Source: Chrysomallon squamiferum (lineage: Eukaryota; Animalia; Mollusca). From it: a DNA stretch of 64,000 bases. The notes beneath the pieces are model-generated. The model saw only the letters and a list, made by a program, of their open reading frames with translations, did no database searches and was not told the origin of the DNA. The translations under genes and the position numbers were made by a program. The stretch covers positions 26,102,001 through 26,166,000 of the forward strand of contig CM022679.1 in the NCBI GenBank assembly GCA_012295275.1. The letters are read 5' to 3'. This document shows, in pieces, positions 58,197 to 64,000 of the stretch (positions are counted from its first letter, which is position 1; every line of letters starts with the position of its first letter).

Positions 58197-58409
58197 AGTT
58201 AATATTGTTTCTCTTTTACAAAGGTCACTGGTTTGATTTCTATAACATTTTATTTTTCTATTTTATTTTTTATTTATTTTATTATTAATTTATTTGTAAC
58301 TTTTTCGGTTTTAATTTATTATTAACATAATTTTCTCAAACATACTGTGTAGATATTAAATATACTTTAAAACTGGTTTACATTTGCCTTATCTCTCTCT
58401 TTCTTTCTA

Positions 58410-58410
58410 C

Positions 58411-58458
<48 letters not shown>

Positions 58459-58468
58459 TATGTATGTA

Positions 58469-58503
<35 letters not shown>

Positions 58504-58585
58504 CCTTCTCTCTCAAATGGTTTATATATTTCATATATATATATATATATATATTTTGTATGTGTGTGTGTCCTTGTGTTGCACA

Positions 58586-58641
<56 letters not shown>

Positions 58642-58685
58642 CTTTCTCTTTCACCTTCTCTCTCAAATGGCTTATCTATTTCATC
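58410..58685. repeat. ~150-bp duplicated unit with (TA)n tracts, just upstream of the octapeptide exon
   Basis: CCTTCTCTCTCAAATGG(T/C)TTAT(A/C)TATTTCAT at 58504 and 58654, each preceded by long (TA)n. Confidence 0.75.
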
Positions 58686-58809
58686 TTTTTTATATTAATA
58701 TTTTGTTGCTGTATTGCTTTTATTAAAACGTATAAAGAAAATAAACTTATTTTACTTATATATTATACATACTTACTTTAAACATTTTTATTTTATTTTT
58801 ACTTTACAG

Positions 58810-59015
58810 AATTGTACGAAATCGCGCAGCCGACTCAGCTCGAGGCTCCCCGTCCAGTCAATCAAGCCCGACAGGCGTGGTCGAGGGACAGGCAATGTCT
58901 CAAGCAAGCCCCTCCCCCAACGGAGACGTGGTGTTACAAAGATCTGGCCCGTATACGATTAGCGGAATCCTCAGCACGTCAAACCCCGCGAAGAGGAAAG
59001 GAGATTCTGATAATG
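58810..59015 (+). CDS. Pax2/5/8: Pax2/5/8 exon: end of paired domain, Ser/Pro-rich linker, octapeptide and basic motif
   Basis: Acceptor tttttactttacag|A and donor G|gtaagt; 206 nt, phase 2 to 1. Translation: (R)IVRNRAADSARGSPSSQSSPTGVVEGQAMSQASPSPNGDVVLQRSGPYTISGILSTSNPAKRKGDSDN. It completes SSINR-IVRN. Octapeptide YTISGILS is at 58952-58975 and KRK at 58991-58999. Confidence 0.95.
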
Positions 59016-61878
59016 GTAAGTTTTTTTTTTTTTTTGTGGGTGCTTTTTGGGGGTTGGAGAGGAGGTGGGTGGACGTGGGGGTTCGGGAATGATTACGTTG
59101 TGAGGTAGAAAGGGAGAATAATTATGTAGATTATAAGAAGAGTGTAAGAAAAAAAAAGAAAAGAAAGGAAAGAAAGAATGAAGAGCGAGGAGGTATGGTG
59201 GAAAAGGATTCCGGTCTGGGAGGAAAAGTTTAGATCGGGAAAAAAATGAAAAGAAAGAATGAAAAAAAATGAATGAATGAAAGATACAAAGACAAAAGGA
59301 AGGAATTAAAGAGATAAAACGAAACAATGAATGAAAGAAAGGGAAAAGAAAAAGGAAGAAAGAATAAACAACAAAAAAAGAAGAAAAAAATGAACTATAG
59401 GAAGAAAAAAAAAAGAAAAAAAAAAAAAAAAGAAAAAAAAAAGAAAACATTAAAAGAAAAATGAAAACACAAAAGAAGTAACAAAACCCCAAATACAAAC
59501 AAACAAACAAACAAACAAAATCACAGAAATTATTATTTTTTTTTTTTTTTTCACACCTACAAAACCTACAAGTCTAATAAACAAAATGTCAACAGCTTCC
59601 CCAACAACCCAGAAAACGTTCGGCATTTTCCGCAAGTTTTAACGGCGGATTTAATCACGAAATACGAAACTCGGCCTTCCCGGCCTAGCTCTGCGTCTGA
59701 ATTATTCATTTGAATAATGAAGGGGAATCACCCTGGGGAAAACGTCATCCGACTCCGTGCCACTTTCCGCACGCATCATCGTTAATACCGCGGGAACTAC
59801 GACGTCTTCTGACACACAGCAACGTGGAAGACGACTTCCCCGGCGTATTAAACGGACAATTTACTTCCAGACATCAGGCTTGGACAGGTAGAATGGCCTG
59901 GGGAGTGGTGATTGAGAATCTGAAACCGTACCGGGACAGATTCGCGGATAAGAACAAGCCCGAGGGGGGTGGGTTGGTTGGTGGGGTTGGTGAGGTTGGG
60001 GGGTTGGGAATGGAGAAGGTTGCTGAAGGTGTGAGAACAAAAAGTTATTTTGGGATTTAGTTTTAATAATAATAATAATAATAATGGAGAGATAGTCTGA
60101 TAGGCAGGCAGAAAGGCAGACAGACAGACAGACAGACAGACAGATAGACAGATAGATAAATAAGACACAGACATAGATATTCAAATACACAAACATAAAG
60201 AACATACACATACATACACATACATACATAAATGCATACATATATACATACATTCATTTAATAAATTAAATAATAAGGTTTAAAAATTGTTAAATTAAAA
60301 CAATGCTATGTCATTGTTGAATTTGAGCTTTTTTCGAATCACGCACACACACACGCACACGCACACGCACACACTAAAAACATGAACATATTGTACACCT
60401 GAGCTGAATGTCGAAATTAATTAAATTGTAAACAGACACGAAAATTGAAATTTCTTCAATCCATATGTCACATATAATGTGATTGTCAATTTGAAAAAAA
60501 AAAGAAAAAAAATGAAGAAAAAAAAAAATTATTTAGAAAACGAAAATTAATAATTAAAAACATAAAAAAGATAAAAAAAATTAAAAGAAAACAGGAGGAA
60601 AGTAGGAAAAGGCAAAATAGACTAATTAAAAATATAAAATGAACGAAAATTAAAAACAGAAAAGAACGAAATAAAAGAAAAGAAAATTAAAAGTAACAAA
60701 AAAAAAAATAAAAAAATAAAAAAATAAAAAAAATAATTGTAATAATAAATGAAAACAGAAAAAATATATTTTTAAACTTTAAAAAAAGAAAAAGAAATTA
60801 AATTTAAAAAAAAACAAAAAAAAAAAACAGCTGTAATTGGCTGATATATAATTTCTTTTCTTCTTCTTAATGTACGGTTTCCGGAAACGCACGAACTGGC
60901 TCTCTTGTTACAACAGATCGGTAAATAAAAAAAAAGAGCAGGTTGTCTATTGTCAAATCAGCTCTGCTTTCCGTCAATCCATCATCATCGACAACGACCA
61001 TGTTCATTTTGCTTGTCACGTTGTGGTTTTTTGTATCTACAAGAGTTTAAACTGCCTCTTGACAAAAAAAAAAAAAAAAAAAAAAAAAACCTTCGTCCGC
61101 ATATTCTCGCTACTTAAGAAATAATGAACATCAACACTTAGGAAGTAACTGAAGCGAAGATCAAACAGTCTGAAGTTCAGTGTTTGGATGTAGAGTTTTT
61201 TTTTAAATGTTACTCGGAGAGAAACTGACTGTCTTTTTTTTTGGGGGGGGGTCGTCAAGAGACAGGTGTTGCGCGCGCACGTAACGTGAATTTTGAAACC
61301 GAGGTTGCGCGAGGCGGTCTTGACGTCGATAGCACGTGACGTTTCAATTGTGTGACGTTAATGAAGACTAATATTTTCGCCTTCAGCCATTAATTTTGCA
61401 GAAATCGTTTTTAATTTTTCTTTCTTTCTTTCTTGTTCTTTTTATTTCTGATATTTTTCTTTTTCCCGTCCTCTGGTATATACAAAAAATAAAAATATAA
61501 AATAAAAAAGTAAAAAAATTAAATATCGAATGACACGAACACAAAAGGAACTTTTTAAAAAATTAAACAGTTTAAAAAATTTCGATCAATAGACTACAGT
61601 TCCAGATAGGTCTTTTTATAAAATTAGAATTTTTTTTTTTACTGAATTTATATTTTATATTTTAAATTTTACATTGCAGTATTCTGCATTTTCCGAAATA
61701 ATTATTTCATAAATTTTTAATTTCGCTTCAAAACTGACACCAGTTTTTATAAAATAAAGATATCTTTAAATAAAATGTTACGAGCATAGTATTACACATA
61801 TTAATAAAGGCAGCCTTTCTCTCTCTCTTTTTTTTCGTTCTCTCTCTCTGTATGTGTTCCTATCTGTCTTTCTCAGTT

Positions 61879-61885
<7 letters not shown>

Positions 61886-61962
<77 letters not shown>
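61886..61962. repeat. (TC)n microsatellite
   Basis: Pure run. Confidence 0.95.
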
Positions 61963-61966
<4 letters not shown>

Positions 61967-63014
61967 TTTCTGTGTTTATACTGGTTCCATACAATGAGAT
62001 TATCTCATTAGCTTCATTTCATTTTTCTTTTCTCTTTATTTCAATTACTTAGATCATCTCATCGTCTCTTTCTTTGTCTTTTCTCTCAGACTATTTCACT
62101 TCATCTCTCTCAGTCTCTCTCTCAGTTTCTCCCTTCCGTGTCCCTGTCCCCCTGTCCCCCCTCTCCCCTTCCTTCCAGTCTCCCCCACCCTTTTCTTCTC
62201 CCCCCTCTCAAGCACGCGCAACGTGTGTATCTCGGCCACATAATACTTCCAGTCAAGCTAAAGACTGCTTTCTATTTTAATCTTTTATTCCAACGAAGCT
62301 GCAACCATTAACCACCCAATATCTTTACATTTTTTTTTTTTTTTTTTTTTAACTTTTATATTTCTTCGTACATTATTTTTTGGTACAATCAGTTTTCATT
62401 TCGCTGCCTGAAAACACTGAATGGCATTTTGATGCCATTAGTTAACGATCAAGAACTCTGACTCGAAGCAATTTCCCCTTGCTTGTAATCGGGTGTAAGG
62501 CAGTCTGGGAGATAAAAAAAAAAAAAAAAAAAAAAAAATGCATTAAAAAAAAAAAAAAAATCCTTTCTCCCCCCCTCTCACCCACCTATAGAAACTTATT
62601 TATTCTGCCCGTGTAAGCATCGCGCACACACTTTTTTAATTAATGTCCGTCTCCGCACAATGGCAGCCAGTGGGAGGACTGCCACCGAGTGCTTTGAGCG
62701 GCTGCTGGGTTGAATATATTGTCGCTCGCGTAAGCCGCATATTCTGCGAAAGAAAACCTCATTTCCGAAAAGCACCGCGCCATAGTGGAAAGTCTTGTCG
62801 AAGTGAATCCCAGAGAGTCGCAGCGCCGCGGGTGGGGTGGATGGTGGGGGGGGGGGGTTGAGAGCCAGCGTCGATTGCCAATGGCAACTGATATGATTAT
62901 TAATTGTATGTATGTGTGTGTGTGTATGTGTGTACTGTATAGGGAGGAACGATGGGAGGGGGAAGGGGATATAGGTTCGCAGGGAAGATACTGAGAATGT
63001 ACCTGTGGGTTTAT

Positions 63015-63029
63015 GACAGACAGACAGAC

Positions 63030-63068
<39 letters not shown>

Positions 63069-63229
63069 TAGATAGATAGACAGAGAGACAGACAGACAGA
63101 CAGATAGATAGATAAAGAAAGAGAGACGCTCAAATTATTATAAAACCAAAATTATGTATATATATATATATATATATACATACATACATACATGAATATT
63201 TACATACATATATGCATACATACATACAT

Positions 63230-63289
<60 letters not shown>

Positions 63290-63295
63290 ACATAC
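63015..63295. repeat. Compound (GACA)n/(GATA)n and (TA)n/(TACA)n/(CA)n microsatellites
   Basis: Directly visible. Confidence 0.9.
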
Positions 63296-64000
63296 AGGGA
63301 CACCTGCAATATGTTTTTAACATTGTACATTTTTTGAAAATACGAACTCATTTCATTGTTTTCTTTTCAAACGCCCATCAAACATCTTGTAAACTTCTGG
63401 TTCACTTCGTGTTCATTTCTATCTTATTGAAATATAACAACATGCACGTGCCTCGACCATGAAAAGCTTCAAGGATGTCAGTGATTGAGAACTTAAGTGG
63501 TCTTTGGCCACGCCCACACTCACACACAAAAAAACAAATATTTCAGAAGCTTGTTGAGGTTTGCATTTTTGGCCGTCATTGTTTTGCAGTTTGGATTTCA
63601 AAGATCATGTCACAGCAAATGTTACTTCCCATCCAGCTGTTACAAACAGCCTGAGTGGTAATTATGTTATCATGGAGTTAGGGAAAACCTTTGGAGATAT
63701 TAATTATAATAATATTTTCGTTTTAATTTGTGACTGTGTGTGTGTTTGTGCGCGCGCGCGCGCGTGTGTGTTTAGTGTAGTGATTATTCTTGGTAAGACT
63801 GCATATATATTAATGTATGTATCTACATATGTGTTGTGTTTGTGTATGTGTGTATATGTATTAATTTATGTATATCAATGCGTGAAGTACTTTTTTTTTT
63901 TTTTTTAAACGTATCTTTCATTATTCGATTACAAAACGAAACCGAATCATTGCAGTTCGAAAACAAGACTGTAATGAATCTTCAGCTGTTTTAACCGTCT

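Noticed and set aside
58714-59108. ORFs 58714-58962 and 58812-59108
   Set aside because: Wrong frames over the real exon. The correct frame is that of the 58877 ORF, entered through the acceptor at 58810.
59710-60060. 116-aa ORF as the next Pax2/5/8 exon (partial homeodomain)
   Set aside because: No homeodomain helix-1-like motif and no convincing polypyrimidine acceptor in phase 1; it ends in G-rich low complexity.

Overview
AT-rich, microsatellite-dense animal genomic DNA; protostome-like on protein sequence, possibly a mollusc, but the taxon is inference only. The only supportable protein-coding gene is a Pax2/5/8-class transcription factor on the + strand, which the ORF track largely misses because it is spliced. 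Three exons are firm: 35090-35255 and 45157-45354 encode the paired domain, and 58810-59015 encodes its end plus the octapeptide and a KRK motif. They join in frame through GT-AG introns of 9.9 and 13.5 kb. Two upstream phase-1 exons, 24957-25053 (poly-His) and 27829/27879-28044, can each splice in frame to the paired box, which suggests alternative N-termini. The 3' part of the gene lies beyond the window. The rest is a non-coding regulatory landscape: about 24 kb upstream without recognisable exons, many GC/CpG-richer islands with clustered TF motifs, a 2-kb 30/31-bp minisatellite, a 37-bp minisatellite, two decayed minisatellites, a 40-bp-arm hairpin in the first intron, G-quadruplex motifs and many microsatellites. 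I found no CRISPR array, RNA gene or recognisable transposon, and I cannot support a claim of a wholly new biological system. The best leads are the 5' isoform architecture, the promoter motif clusters and the intronic hairpin.
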